Counted from the first letter of the stretch, positions 27,116-41,341 are shown. The stretch: 64,000 nt of DNA from Raillietiella orientalis (GCA_036172245.1 JAYWIR010000072.1:124001-188000); one strand, 5' to 3'. A program made the numbers and translations. The notes: generated from the letters alone by a model not told the origin.

Positions 27116-27719
27116 TGGTAGGATTTCATGTCGGAAGATCAAAAAGATCCATAGCAAAAGACTGGAGAACCCACTTCCAAGAGCCTTGAAACGGCTAGAG
27201 AGGAAAGGGATGTGGTGACTTCCAGAGAAAATATTACCTTTCTGTTATTTACGTTTTTTACTGTATCTCTCTACTTTGGAATGCGTCTGATTATGAAGAG
27301 TGCTACAAAAATATTAGCTCCATACACGTGTAATATCTCAGCTGCTAAAGAGTAAAGGGCTGACGCGGGCAAGCGCTCAGAATATTCTTTGTGCGGTCAG
27401 CCAGCAAGAAGGCTGCCTGACATTAAAAGGTAACATTGGAGAGATAGAAATTTCTGCAGAGCACGTGAGAAGTATATTGATCTCAGTACTCTGACGACAC
27501 TTCACGTCATACACTCAAGAGCAAAGCATGAAGCATTTCTTGTCACTATTAGTGACGAAAAATTAATTAAAGCTTTAGGCATCAAAACTGGTGCCAAGTA
27601 TTTTGCACTCAAGCATCAAAAGCCTTCTAATGTGACAGACTTAAAAGAGTTAGCAAGCACCAGAAGAGAACATTGGATGGAAAAGCAGGGTTATGCCAAC
27701 TTCTACAGTATGGAAGGAA

Positions 27720-28405
27720 CAGGTAGGAACTGGGGACATCCCCCGAAACCCTCATCAGCGATGAGAGCATAAGCACCAGGGGGACCAGCTCTGCCGCGAA
27801 GCAGTGATAAAATTCCGCAGGCAGCCCATCCTCGCCTGGCTCTCTTCGTCTCTTGAGCTTCGCGATTGCAGAGAAAATTCCCTCCGCCGTGAAGGACTCG
27901 TCGAGACGTGAGCGTTCCTCTTCTGACGAGCAGAAGTCCCCCAACGGTACGCCAAGGTAAATACCTTGGCGTACCGTTGGGGACTGGCCGTTCACCTGGC
28001 CGCGGGGATCCCCGAACGGATCCAGTCAGGACGTCCAGCCCACGTCGCACTAACCGCCACCACTGACGACTTTGCCTTGTTCACCCTTAGTCCCATCCCG
28101 CGGCTTAGCAGATCGAAGAAATCCTTGACTGCGGCTGCCTGGGTTGACATGGGTAATAACAGCAGAAGATCGTCAGCGTACGCTGCCACGGCAGGCGTGC
28201 CGGGGCACGAGCTCGGCAAGGGGGCCAAAGTCGCACTATACGCTCTCAGCACCAACTCGAAGTAGGTGTTAAAGAGCAGGGGACTGAGGCTGTCGCCTTG
28301 CCGTATCCTACGCCGCACCGGCACGCCGAAGGAAACGTTGATGAGCGCGTCGCGCCAGCTGGAGCGCAGAAACTGATAATAAGGCCGGGAAGCCCAAGCG
28401 TTCCA
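27720..28405 (-). mobile_element. Tx1/L1-like RT fragments in rearranged order
   Basis: IRQGDSLSPLLFN, AYADDL, GLRVNKAKS (27992-28324), followed on the minus strand by the upstream motif PGEDGLPAEFY (27720-27930). Confidence 0.85.
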
Positions 28406-31319
28406 GAAGTTCCAGAAGTTTTTTTAGTATTTTTTAGTGCACAACCACCACTAAGATTGTTCTTTATTCAGGTATAGCAAGTTATTGTTTGGGTTCCGCC
28501 ATTCAAAATTTCAAGTCGTGTTTCAAATTGGCCCGGCCAGCAGTCTGTTTTGAGGCAAACAGTGTTATCGCTTGTGATTCCTTGAGTCTGTGACTGAAGT
28601 GTTTCCAACAAGCGTAGTGGTGATTAGGAAAAAAAGGAAAAAAGACTATGTTTCAGCACTCCAGACAATTGAAACAGGGTTTGTGGAAGAACAGGTTGTA
28701 AATTCCATAGAGATGTCGCTCAAAGAAGTGGACAGTCCATTTTGAGTTCAGAGCAACCATTTTTCCTGAGCAAGTCGGAATGAAACCGTGCAGCGCTAAG
28801 GCAACGCGAATGCAAACAGTTGGAGTGTAGACGTCAGCGCAACGTCCCCATTTGAAATGGAAGAGATAGACACAAAAGAAAGGGGTGGTGTCTCACGCAT
28901 GAGGCAAGATTAGAGGTGCCAGGAATAGATCCATTTCTTTCCAGACGTTTGATTCTTGTGTTGAGCTTGCATTCCAGTTTCACGAACGCTTGAAAGCTTG
29001 CGGGAAGAATGTTGGTAAACGCTTGCCCTAATTTACGACCAAATGCAGATGGATGGGTCACGCCAGTCGGTCTTCATAAAAATGGCTGATTACGGGACAT
29101 CTTTGCAGTGCCATCCGCGGGAGCAGCAAGGTCGAGTTCAGCAACATTCGAATCGAAATCGACAGTTCGAATCACGAGGAGAGCGGTCGTAACACCTCCT
29201 CTCCGACGACTTCGGCCTGCAATGGCTCACCGCTAGACAGAATCCGATTGACCACGTTCTGTATGGCGAAGACGAGCATCCAGAAGTACCAAGATATTGA
29301 AGCCCTACTCTCGGATCAGCCTCTCTTGCAGTTCACCTTGATGATGGAAAACAGCTTCAGAGCTGCGCTGCTCTGCACGCCCGAACGGTTGGTGATCGTT
29401 TCGATTTGCCGATACGTTTGTCGGTCACCAGAAGCTGATGGAGTTGACATTGCAGGACGCCGACATCCGCAGGGTCGACGAATGGCATCGGTTGAAACGC
29501 ACGATCCACCTATTTCCGAATGTCTTTAAACACTCTCTAGCTTGAAATTAGGTATCTGCATAAACCATGAGTCCACCGATACCTCTGTTAATTTTCACCA
29601 TCTTCCAAGTTTATATCAGCCTTCAATAAACTTTGCTTAAGGAGCGAAAAGCAATGGTCTCTGCTTTCTGCTGATAGTTCAGATGTCTCCGTTCCCAAAT
29701 CATCTTCTAACGCCTCTCTTCAGTATTTGATTCCCTGTTTGGTCGCTGCTCATTAGCTCGTTCTCCTTGCAAGCGTTAAGTTCTGCAAATCCTGAGGGGT
29801 CACTCATACTTTCCCCTAGCAGGGTTAGGTAATATATTGTGCACAATATGGGTCAAACGATTTCCACAACAACATGTTGGCTAATCTGAAAGGCTGATTT
29901 TCTGCGGTAGGTCGAGATGTTTACTTAAACTTTCCTTCAACTAATAAAGATGTCTATTAGAATAAATTTGCAATTGTGCCACAGAGCACTAAATAGCACA
30001 TGTACCTAAAATGTATAGTTTTTATTCTTCCATACCCAACTGAAGTTCCTAAACCTTGCTAATATTCTTGGAATTGCCAAGTGAATTTTTCTTATTTGCT
30101 TTTCTCTTAAGCGTCCGTGCATTGAGTCAAAGTTTAACATAGAAAATGATTTACTTCATGATAGAATCTAGAGTGTTGTTGGTAAAACATTTATGGAAGG
30201 GCGATAATATGTCTAATTTGAGCCAAAGTCGGAAACACTGCGCAAAACTTAAAATACAGTCTTTATTAATCTTAACAACTTTGACACGAAACGGCAGTTC
30301 CATATATGCCGATAGAGCAGTTATCAATGGATGTGATGAGGTACAGCATGGAGGAAAGATCATGGAAACACATAGCATCGAAAGAGGAACCACAAATATG
30401 TGCTCATAGAATGTTAAAATACACATCCGATGAAGATGTGGCGATTCTTCCACCGTTCTTTCTGTAGGGTCTTTCTCTTGATAACGTGTTACTGGCTCAA
30501 CAAGAGAAAGACCCTTCAAGTGTGGTGCTTCGTTGGAACTGTCCAGGAGGTTTACAGTTTCGATAAAGGGGAAGCTGGCTACAGAAAGCACAGTGGAGGA
30601 ATCGCCAGTAGGCTAATCAAAGTCCATCGCAAAGTGGGAAACATGCTGTCAATCGAAGCCTACACATTCCATAATTGTTTTTACAACAGGCCTAGCTGGG
30701 AATGACAGACGCTTGGCATCCCTGAAAACGGCACGATTGGTCCGTAAGACCCATCTCCTGTTGAAGGGAATAATGATTTTGAAGAAACCTACTTCTTGGA
30801 GTTCAATTTACCAGTAGATGTTACCATCTTGTGAAGTAAACTGCAAGGATGACAGTTTTGGGGCTTTTTTCATGAAGAACCACTATGTAGGGGGGTCGCT
30901 ACAGGGTGAATCAGCTGCTAATTCAGTATCTGGCCATCGGTTCAGTAGTGGGAGGCGCATGTGATTGCCTACTTCTGGGGTCCGCTAAAGCAGCAAGAGC
31001 AACTTCGGAAACCATGGTATCCGAGCAAGTGACCAAGAATGAATCTGCTACCATACTACGAGCTTCTTGCACTGTCAACATCTCACTGAGACATCGGTCG
31101 CCCGTATGCGTAAAAATAAATTTATTAGGCGAGCCTGGAGACAAATTTGCCTAATGTTTGATCAGCTTGTTTCATCTTGTCCAGGAAGGAACGATGTTGT
31201 TCCCTCTGCGTGGATTGTGAACTGGGAAAGGTGCAAAGCAAGATTCCACGGAATCTATTTTCCACTACGGGACAAATGATTATTGGGAACATTGCGGAAT
31301 TGTACAGAAAAAAAGGCTC

Positions 31320-32250
31320 TAAGTATGTATATATTTATTGATGGAAAAGCGATAGAAAACGGCAACCCTACACATGAAACTAATAAGATGCACATTTGCA
31401 AGGGTTGATGTACAATGCAGCATCGAACGTGTACTCAGTGAGGGCTGCGAGGGCCAATTGCAAATCTTCACGAGTATTTGCCGAGAGGGTGCATCATCAT
31501 TAGCATAAGGCAAGGGCATGACTGAAGGGTGTCCATGGAGTACAATTTCAATGAATGGCTCGAGTGCAATGTTCAACAGCAATCCACCGAATGGACACTT
31601 TTGCCGTACGCCTCCAAAAACGCTGATATTGTCTGCGCAGACCAACACGCATCCAATCTTATATGGGAGGAGATTGCTATACAGATCTCGAATGAGTACA
31701 CAAAAGTTGCTGTCAACACGGAAGGATTGCCATGTTCGAAGGACGAGTTCATGAGAAACACAAGTAGGGACATCTTTAAAATGTTCCGAAAATATAGCAA
31801 CATTCCGATGATGGACTCTGCAACGATCGAGTAATGTGCTCATGAGGAAAAAAATTTTCAGTGCAATCGTCCAACAAGTAATTTGCTAATGATTTTTTCC
31901 ATTTCCTTCGAGATCGCAGGGAGGGGGAATCGGGCAACATGGGAGAGATCGGACGCGGCAGTTTTATGAATAAACACTGTTTGCAAGGACTTCCAATTCT
32001 TCAGAATTTTATTAAAATGCAAAACACGTAACAAAGAGGGCAGTTAGACACGAAAACTCCAAGTCAGCCTTCAAGAAAGTTTAACAAGAGATACCATGGT
32101 TCCTGAAAAATGAAGAAAGTCAGCTCCGGGGTGAATGAGGAGAGGGTGGTTTCGTTTGATGAATCCCAGCTCCACTTGAGAGCCACCAAAAACAATCTCT
32201 AAGGAAGGCACACATTTCTTCTACTAGTGCTGACGCTCTCCCAGGTAACT
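31320..32250 (-). mobile_element. Decayed RLE RT fragment (subfamily B-like)
   Basis: LLDRCRVHHRN, GVRQKCPFGGLLLNIALEP, PLPYANDD. Confidence 0.8.
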
Positions 32251-33337
32251 TTGGAAGATCCTCAAGAAATCCGAAAAGAGATTTTGCCTTATTGATGGAA
32301 AGAATAATTTTATAGTGAATTCAACTGCTCTAACAACATGTGTTCGAGGTAAATAACCACAAGCAATTATACATTCTCAAGTTGATGTAAAACCTATAAG
32401 GTATCCAGCTGGAGGAATCTTTGGCAACCACCTTTTTTGCATTAATATGACCAGTTGCTGTAGAACGAGATGAAATGAATTCTTTCTAGCTCACCATCAC
32501 ATCTCTCCTTACATCAATCCTTATCTTCTTATCCTAGCACTATCGTTTCTTTGCTCAAGCTATTGAGGTTCTTCATTCAGCTAGTGGAAAACTTCAACAT
32601 AAAACACAGTATCCCAACTAGGGCCAGTGTTTCCAGGAATTTACTTTTTAAAACATTCTCATCTCTATGTAACAGGGGTCCTTGCTTTCCAGGTTTTGGT
32701 CCCCTCCAACACCTCTGAACTTTACATTGACATCTGTAAAAATCACTTGTAGAAATAGTTTTTAAAGTTGGGAACTATTCTTACCGCAGTTGGAAATTCA
32801 TGCGACTAAAATCCTTCACATAAAGTGGCTGTAGAATGCAAATTCTGCAACACCATTTTCCTTGAACTATGCAACTGTAGCAGGTGACCGAAGTGTGGAA
32901 AACAAACCTTCACAGATGCCTAAGAGATTTAGCTTGGTTTGAGAATTGCCACTTTAATCTTTGATAACTTCTGAACAAGCCATTCAGAATATATGTTGCA
33001 TAAATATGAAATCCTGCACATGGTCAGCAAACTATTATGCATCTGCATGTGCTGCAGCAGTTCCCAAACACAAGAGAAAGCATGCATCACCCATTCTTAC
33101 ACCAAGCATTTGGAAGTTGTATCAATGAAAAACATGTTCCAGCAGAGACTTACAATTCTGCAATCGAATATCCAGGTTTTGGAATATGTGCAGCCTTCCA
33201 CAAACCGAGCTTGCAAAACTGGGCTTTAGAAACTCAGAAGACATGGAATGCTTCTTTGGAAAACACATCACGTCTCAAACACTGAGAGCTTGGTGTACTC
33301 CTTTCAATCCATAGAGTGCGAACTTTACCTGAAGGCC

Positions 33338-36300
33338 ACCACATTTAGGTTGTGGCAACGCCAATTGTGAGAAACTGATTAAGGGGGCAGCATGTGATCT
33401 CACACTGCTAGACACCAAACGGGTACATGTTCCCAGGAAACCATCAACTCCTGCTTGGAAACACCAAAGATTGCTCGATTACTACAACTGGATCCCTCCT
33501 ATGCAGCTGAAAATTGCATACAATCCCCATTTTCCGATTCCTGGAGGCGGGAAACACCATAACCTGGCAGCACACTAGGCAAGCAATCAACGTAGTGCAC
33601 CCAAGAGCACTTCCCCATTGCAAACGTTGCAGCTGCCTGGATTTTGGAAGAGTGGACAGTAAATGCAACTGTTTCGTTTAGGATAGGTCATCAACATACT
33701 CAGGACAGCAAAGACGTGCTAATTCTCAGTGGATTCGAAAAACAAAAGACAAGTGAGTTGGCGTCGGAGAAAAGCATTCTGCCAAAATAGCATTCAAATG
33801 GTTTAGCTGAACGGCAGGAGTGCAGAAGTGCAGTTTCCTCTGCAGCATTCATCTGTGGTTTGGTTTTTCGATGCCTCGGACTCGAAAATTCTAAGGGATG
33901 ATGAAACGGAACTTTGGATGAAAACAGTTGCTCAATAACGCGGAGCTGCCGTCGCCCTCCGCGGATGTGAGAAGAGTTTTCGGATCCAAAGGAAAATCCT
34001 CATTTAGGAATCTCAAGGCGACGATTTCACAAAAATTCACACAAAAGTTAGCTTGAAAAGAAAATCTGTTGGATACATAGGTTCAGATTTTCAAGATGAC
34101 TTTGAAACATGCTCAAAGTAACAACACCATTTAATAACCAGATTTTCAAAAATGTACTCACTTGTGTGTCGGACGGCACGTTTCCTCGGTTTCGGTGGAA
34201 TCTGATGAGCTGCACGAAGCTTCTTCACTCGAGCTGACTTCTTACACTGAACATCATGCAATTCAAAAATTGAATTCTGAATTCAAAAAAAGAAAAAGCT
34301 GTTTGTCGATGATTGTTTCGCGTACGCTTGAGCACGTGCTGCATTTGAATAGTGAAGGGTAGTTTGGATTCGGATATTTTTCGTTTGTCTTCGGAAGAAC
34401 AGCAATGATATCGATGAGAGGTTACCCGTTTTCTAAATAGTCACTATATGTAATACATGTGGTGATTTCTTGTCTTGGTAATCTTGTTTTCTACTGTAGC
34501 CACTTGAAGGCAGATGAGTCCATTCAAAAGAGCAAGTGATTCTCCAGTGTTCTGAGATGCACTGTTCCTGAATGGTTTGGGAAGAAACACAATAGGCATG
34601 TGGTGCCACAATTTGGGAAAGTAATGAGCACATCATAGCTAAAGCACTTTGGAAAGTTGATTTGCATCTATTATGCAGTGGATGGGTCTACTTTAGTTCA
34701 TGGATTTCACACTGGTGACACAGCAAGAACAAAGAGCATTTCTTGCATGTGAAAGGTTTGAAACCCTCCAGCTGCACAGCATTTAGGAAGCAAAATATTC
34801 TCAGTGGTGAGAAACCAATAATAACTTGCAAAGTTATCGGTCTGAACAGAATTGCTGCGATGAGGAGGAGAGGTTGCTACATGAATGCCAGTTTTTGTGA
34901 CCAGTGTTCTGGATTCCAAGGAAAGAGAAACGGCAGAAGATGGAAGGCATAGGTTCCAGGGGGTTCTGTAAACTGGAACACTATCATCTTGGCTATGCTG
35001 AAGATGCAGGAGCATCAAAGATTCCTGACGTACGTTCAGGCAGGAAAAGGGAGAAGTTTTCAGGCTAAGGATAGGAATGTTAAAATGATTGGCGTAGATG
35101 ACATCTGAGAAACGATTAGGAATGAACAAAAGCATTGGACTGGAACTGCAAATAATGGTTTGATTTCCACTGTACATGTAGCATGTGCTTTGGGGGTAAT
35201 AGGAAAGATGTGAGGCTCGGTGTCATCAAGCTCACCCTCAAGAAAAAAGCTAGAATGCTTCTAGCAAGCTGCGAGTCATTTTAGCAATGTGGAAACAGAA
35301 GGTGAGCAGTTCAGTCTTTCAATGTGGGTAGACAAGTATAGGCCTACCAGCAACCTGGAAATGGTAGGACAGCAGAGTCTGTTAGTAAGCTTCATACATG
35401 GCTCCAAAATTGGCAGGAGAATAGGCGGCCTGCCCACAGATCTCTCCATGCATGCAAGCAGGTCTTAAGGTGGTTTGGTTGCAATTCCATTCAAAAGTTT
35501 TTAGGTGTAGTTGCAAAATAGTGCTGATGCAGCATACTTTAAAGCAATCACATAGGTTAATCAATCTTTCACCTGGCCAAGTATCATGTCCTTCTGATTA
35601 GGGCAAGCACTGCTACACTGACTGAATGTTACAAATGCAAGGTTAAAGCATCCTTCGCAAGCAGAGGAAGCACCTATTCTTAGACATCAGATTTTACTGT
35701 TGCAGTCCAAAGAAAAAAGTTATTTTGTTATGATCATGGAGGAAGTGAGTAAGTTGGAAAAGTAAGTTTCTTTGCTCTTATGGGTCCATTTAGCAGCACA
35801 GAGTGCTTGCAGACCAAAATGTTTGCTGGAAAACTATCAGCAGGAAAGAAGAATCAGGGAAGAAGAAAACTCAAGCATTGAAGGAAACGGCTCTCTTTTG
35901 TAATTGTTTCCGAAGTTTGTGTTTCCACGTGCTGCACAAGAGGAAATGCTCCCTTGTTGCATGGAATTCCTTGTGTCCCAGCATCCCAAGAAAGGGGGTG
36001 CCTCTTATGCAGGGAAGAATCGTTCAGGAGAATGGAGGGAGGAGTGCAAATCCCTGCACAGTTGGGTCCTTCGCATTCCTTGCAGTATGCTGGCGAGGTC
36101 CTCTGCATGACTTTCCAAGTGGAAGCACCTCGAGCCCACCTGTAAGATCCCGATGTGGAAATGAGTGACTGCTGCTGTGGAGTCCAAAGCAAGGGGGAAG
36201 GTTGCCCGGAGAGGAAAAGAGTGCACTAGAAGGTGCACGAATTATTCGATTTTCCAGCATGTGGCGCCGTTTGGTTTGGCACTCCCCTGCGTCCTTTATA

Positions 36301-39300
36301 GCAAGGCTGATGTCCTGGAGGCAACATAGACAGTTCCAAGGAGCAGTCTCTTTTTGCTAGGATTCCTTCGCTAATTCCTCTACCCGCAGAATGTATGCCC
36401 AATTCAATCACGCACGAACTTGTTTCAAACTGATTCCTGGTGTTGAGATATTCGTTCCGACGTGCTCGGCTGCTGCTCTCTCTGCACCACTGTTCCGTGA
36501 TTTGAATTTCACATCCATGGAAGCTTCGTGAAATAATCTGCTTGCAGGCCCTGCCGAGCATGAATTCTTGAAAAGCCAAGCGTGGAATAGGGAGAAGGTT
36601 TGGTTTCGTGCTTACGATGGAAAGCAGCCTTTCTGCGTATAAGAGAGCCTAAAACTCGATTCATTTTCGTGTACATGTGCAGTGTTTTTTGAAAAAGTAC
36701 GTCCACTGATAAAACACTTCGCATGATTCCAATTCTTTTTCGTACAATAGTCGTTACCTAGAAACTAATAGTCATCTATACGCGAACACTTCAATGCTAG
36801 ACAGTGGATCTTTAGAAGGGAGTGGGCATTGACGAGTCCACTGGGACGCACCTTCAGAATCATAAGAAGTGTTCAGAAAACTTTCTGGAAGGTACTCCGT
36901 TTCGAATAGCGGAGAATCGAAATGCACCAACGGCCATGATGGAGACATTGGTTTCAGTCGACGCGACTCCAATGAGCCACGTTTGGGAAATATGATCCAT
37001 TCCAGGAGTCGGCATGATCCCTAGCCGCGTGGCTGAGCCACACCAAGTATGAGAAATGCCAAGTTGTCATTGTAATACTACAAATGGGAAAGATTCCGCG
37101 ATGCCATGGGCATCACTTGAAGAACGACGAATTCGGAAAGACGATTGCTGAATGTGCAGTGTCGGCTTTGTGGTGGCTTTGAAGATTCTCGTGGGAACAA
37201 CGGTTGAACAACGCGGCATGCAAGACGAGCCGTTTGTGGCCGGAAAGTGTGGAAAGCAGAGGCCACAAATCGTAAAACTGACGCTAGGAGAACGTGAGAA
37301 GCCTCTTGTGCATTCGTAGGAGACCTCAGATTGCAAAAGAACACCGACATGAGTGGAAGAACCGAGGAATGTCTTCAATGGAGAAGACGTAGGGAAATCA
37401 TTGCGAAAGGATCATTGAAGAGTGGTGAAGAGTGGAAAGGTGCAATTTGAAGGTAAGCTGTTGTTGGCAAAAGACTTGGTGAGATCAAACTCCGCGCTGT
37501 CTGTTCCACCTCGAAATGCACATCTTGAAGCGCACGGGAAGAGGCCGAAGAGCGGGAAGAGCGGTAGAGGGCGGCTGCGCTTTCCGGTGGAAGTGGGCGT
37601 GGCGCTGCACGGTTGTGTTTCCGTTTGGAAGAAATGCTGTGGCTCAAAGTGTGTATGGTGGAATGGTCAGGTGGCAAGGCATGTAGGCATTCGAGGAGTA
37701 TGTGATCGATGGGAAAAAGAAAATGCCGTTAGCAGTGAGCACTTTACGGTAAAGGAATTAATTTTTTGCTGTTTTGGAAATTGCTGCAAGAATCGGGAAA
37801 AAGAAAAGTGCTGGAATGCTTGTGATTTCTTTTGCAGTGATGGGGATCAAAGAAAGGAGTTCACTTGCAATGCTGCTGTTTTTTTTTTTTCACTCATGAG
37901 AAATCGAGAATCGTCAAGAAGCAATGGAAGTTCGACCTACTAGAGTTTTGAGAACTGCATTTGTCCCGTTTGTTCCTCCTTGCACGTTTACTGTGACGGC
38001 GATTGTTCACAGGAATGCTCATGAATGAGAAAAGGGTGTGTTGATGTTCTGATTCTTGTGGTGAGATGACTTGGGATGTTATGAGTTTTAGCAGGAAAGG
38101 TTTTGGAACTGTTGGACTTGCACTGCTGACAAAGTGTTGAGGTTTGCAACGTTTCTGTTCATGCCATGCTTTTTGACAGCAGGGCCTGCTGAGAGTAGAG
38201 TTGACTTTTTCAAATTGTAGGTGCAATCTAAGGTTGTGAGCACTCAGCTGTGCAGGTGGTTGACAACGTGTTGTTTTGTGAAGTTACCATGCAAATGTAA
38301 CCTCATGCAGGTATCTCTCCGATATGAGTTATATCATTGAGAAGAAGTTGATATGCAAAGATACTCGTATGTGAAAGCATCTCACAATAAGTCGTTCCTG
38401 GAGATGTTGTTTTCTCTTGGCGGTAAAGTTAGTTACACTAATTTGTGTTTAGCAGTATGCCAAGGCATTTTGCGAGTGCCCCTGTCAGGTCTGAGGCTGA
38501 TGGCAGATCGTTCGGATTTCTGGTTACAATCACGAGATCGTCTGCAGATGCTAAGACCTTGGGATTGGCAATGCTTTTCTGATGCCCTGTCATAGTGATT
38601 GGATCCCAATATGAAAAGAGCTTATATAAGGGGTGGACGTGTTTGGGGGTTGTAATCTCCTGGGTAAGTCCATCGAAGGTTGGGCTTGCACCCATGGTTC
38701 GAAAGTGTGTGTGAATGGTATGGATGACATCGTTCAATGTATCTATGGCTAACTGGCATGTTTGCACATCTTTCGGTTATTATTGCAAATCGCGGAATTT
38801 TCCCTTGAAACTGGTTTGAAATGGAATCTTGCTGTTCAGTTATAGAGGCGGAAATTTCGAGATGAGTATCATCACCTGTAGATTGGAGTGTGATGTAAGG
38901 AGATGGTCTGCTTGTGGGATGAGAGTAGTTCTTGCAGAAGTGGGAGTTGGTGCAGTTTGTTGACTTGTAGCAAGTGGCATGCTTGCTCTCTGGCGGATGA
39001 GGAATGTGAATTTGTGAGGATGTTCTTGGAGAGATCCCATTATTTGAGAGATTTGACAAAGGAACTACAGAATGGTACTTTATGTCTAAAGGGCTAAAGA
39101 AGATGTCCTGTTTGAGATTTGATTGCCAAGGTTCTTACTTGATTTGGTACTTTTGATTAGCATCTCATCTGATCCCATCCACAGTCGACTGTGCTCCCAG
39201 GATGGAGTGTTTCAGTCTAGGAGTTTCGTACTGTGGATTCTGGGAATGCTAACCCTTTCCAGATAAGACGCGAGTAACAGGTAGTCCTTTGCTCCAAGCT

Positions 39301-39700
39301 TGTGCAATAAGTTTATCATGTATCTGAACATCATTGTTTTATTATGACATCTGCCTGGAAATACCAAAGCTTATGTGGTGTTCTGCAAGGTGCTTCAGAG
39401 TTTATAGTCCTTCATGAAGTGCATAGATAAAGGGATTCAAACAATTTGTTGCAGAGTTTTTTTACTTCAGATTCTAGAGTTCATTTCATTTTTTTGGCAC
39501 ATGGCAATTTCTTAACCTTAGTTTTTAAAGGAATAACGTGTGACCCCATTATATTTGAAACATGTATTTGTAAAATAAGGTAGAACGTGGTGACAAAAAA
39601 TTCATGCAAAATTCAGTGCAACGCAAAATATTTGTGTATTTTCATGAGACAGTAGTGAATGGTTAATATTTTGAGGTCAGTAAAATGGTTATTTTCCTGG
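33338..39700. repeat. Right arm of the large inverted repeat, with arm-specific insertions
   Basis: Reverse complement of 15630-19785; extra segments ~34300-34740, ~34910-36250, ~36722-37265, ~38850-39450. Confidence 0.93.
38850..39450 (-). mobile_element. Subfamily B N-terminal zinc-finger remnant
   Basis: RTINS/KHLAEHHI resembles KRTLNSLKRHLKSHH of the 51876-54371 ORF. Confidence 0.45.
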
Positions 39701-40480
39701 TTTTCCATTTTATGGTCCCCAAAATGTTTCAGTGCATTTTCATAAAGTCAAATATGGGAAAGAAATAAAATACCAAGCCAATTTAGATTGAATTCTTCGA
39801 AGTTTGGGAAAGTGGGAAATTCTCTTATTGTGGAGAGTTTGTTCTTTCTGGAATAGGAAGGCCCTGCAAAGTGGAAAGTAGGGTTATGGATAGTATTTAA
39901 ACAGCAAATACAAATAGATAAGAGGAAAACACAATAAGGTTAACAACGCAATGGGAAACTAAATTGCTTATTTGACTCTACAGACTGGGCACTAATGTGT
40001 TCTGTGATGAAAATGTGAAAAAGAGTGGTGATGTTTTGTGATTTACTTTTGTCATTCTAGTATTCGTCTTGAGGTAATCTGAAATGCAGCGAGTTTATTA
40101 TTATGAAAACTGACTGCAATGTTTTGTAGATGTCAAAGCAAAGAAAGTTCTTGGAAATTCTAATATGGAATTGCTGATATGGAGACTGCCTTTTCAGTTT
40201 GAAAGTTAAATTTTCCTTGTTCAAATTGATAAGAGAAGTAACGCAGTTTTCCAGACTTGCATCTTTCAGTTTGGGCGTTTCTGCTGTGGTATTCGTTTGG
40301 AGTGGAATGTCATGCATTGAAGTGTACTGTGATATTGTTGCATGAAAAAATTCCAAAATGCAACTATTTACTCATTGCTGATAGTTGTTTAAATTATTCT
40401 CATGGCAATTATGATGATAGAAAGTCTGCAGTTATTCAATGTTTGAAGCTAAATCAAAATCTTTGGATCTTTAACATGAT
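39540..40480 (+). pseudogene. Probable heavily decayed CRESS capsid
   Basis: Convergent with a rep ending INQDS*, as in the 41621-43066 unit; mirror of the region next to the left cap remnant; only weak residual similarity. Confidence 0.4.
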
Positions 40481-40483
40481 GTG

Positions 40484-41277
40484 TTATGAATCTTGATTTA
40501 TAATTTCAACTTTTTTGAGGTTTGTGACAGATGTTGCACTGAAAGTTGACTGTGCATAAATTTCCATACAGCAAAGGCAAGATTTTTTCTTCTTGTTTTT
40601 GCTAATCGGTATGCTTGGAATCAGAAGTTCCGAAATATGTTGCCTACCCATCTTACTGAACTGCAAATTGTTTTCTTGAAAAGCATTTGTTAGTATCCTG
40701 GAGTTAATTTGGGGTGAGGGCCAAGTCATCATTATGAATGTGGTGAGGGGGTTGGGGTGTGCTCTGCTTCGTGTAAGGCGGAAGCATTCTTTTACAAAAT
40801 TTATGTTTTTACTATAAAATTTGGTGTGGTTGTTGAGTATGAAGAGTTCGTCGGCGCCATCTTTTATGAGTTGGAGTATCTAGCGGGTAGATGATTTTCG
40901 ATGTTTTTGTTAAAAATTTTAGGCTTACCAGGTCTTGGTAGTCCTGAGGCTCGTTGGCTTCGTGTAGTTTGCCGAATATCCAAGCTTGTTTATCTTCCTT
41001 TGTGCAGTACCGTAAGTTGCTCTGCGGACTGCCTCTAGCTTTTTCAAGATGACTTTTTTGGAAAGTTTTTCTTTTTAATCCTGGTAGTGTTCGAGGTTCT
41101 TTTAGTTGGAAGAATCCTTGAAGGTGTGGTGTTCGGGTTTTTGCGATCTCTGCCTATGCATGCGAAGAGGCAGTTAAGTCGGCACCGGTTCATGATTTCT
41201 TTTAAGTCGTCTTCGGTGAAGTTGCACAGGGTAAAGCACCAGTTGAAGAAGAGTGCGTAAGGCATCTTGAAATTCAC
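40484..41277 (-). pseudogene. rep: CRESS Rep (frameshifted, deleted), with short intron 40880-40928
   Basis: Motif I WCFTLCN, decayed motif II, motif III NLRYCTKE, C-terminal INQDS. Confidence 0.85.
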
Positions 41278-41341
41278 TGTAAGTGCGACTTGTTTGTGGT
41301 TGTCTGCGTGTTGGTATTTATACTGCGTAACTGCGCAGAAG

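Noticed and set aside
20100..27720. Bacterial contaminant or live symbiont contig
   Set aside because: Fragments carry stops and frameshifts, are short and scrambled, and are contiguous with eukaryotic retroelements.
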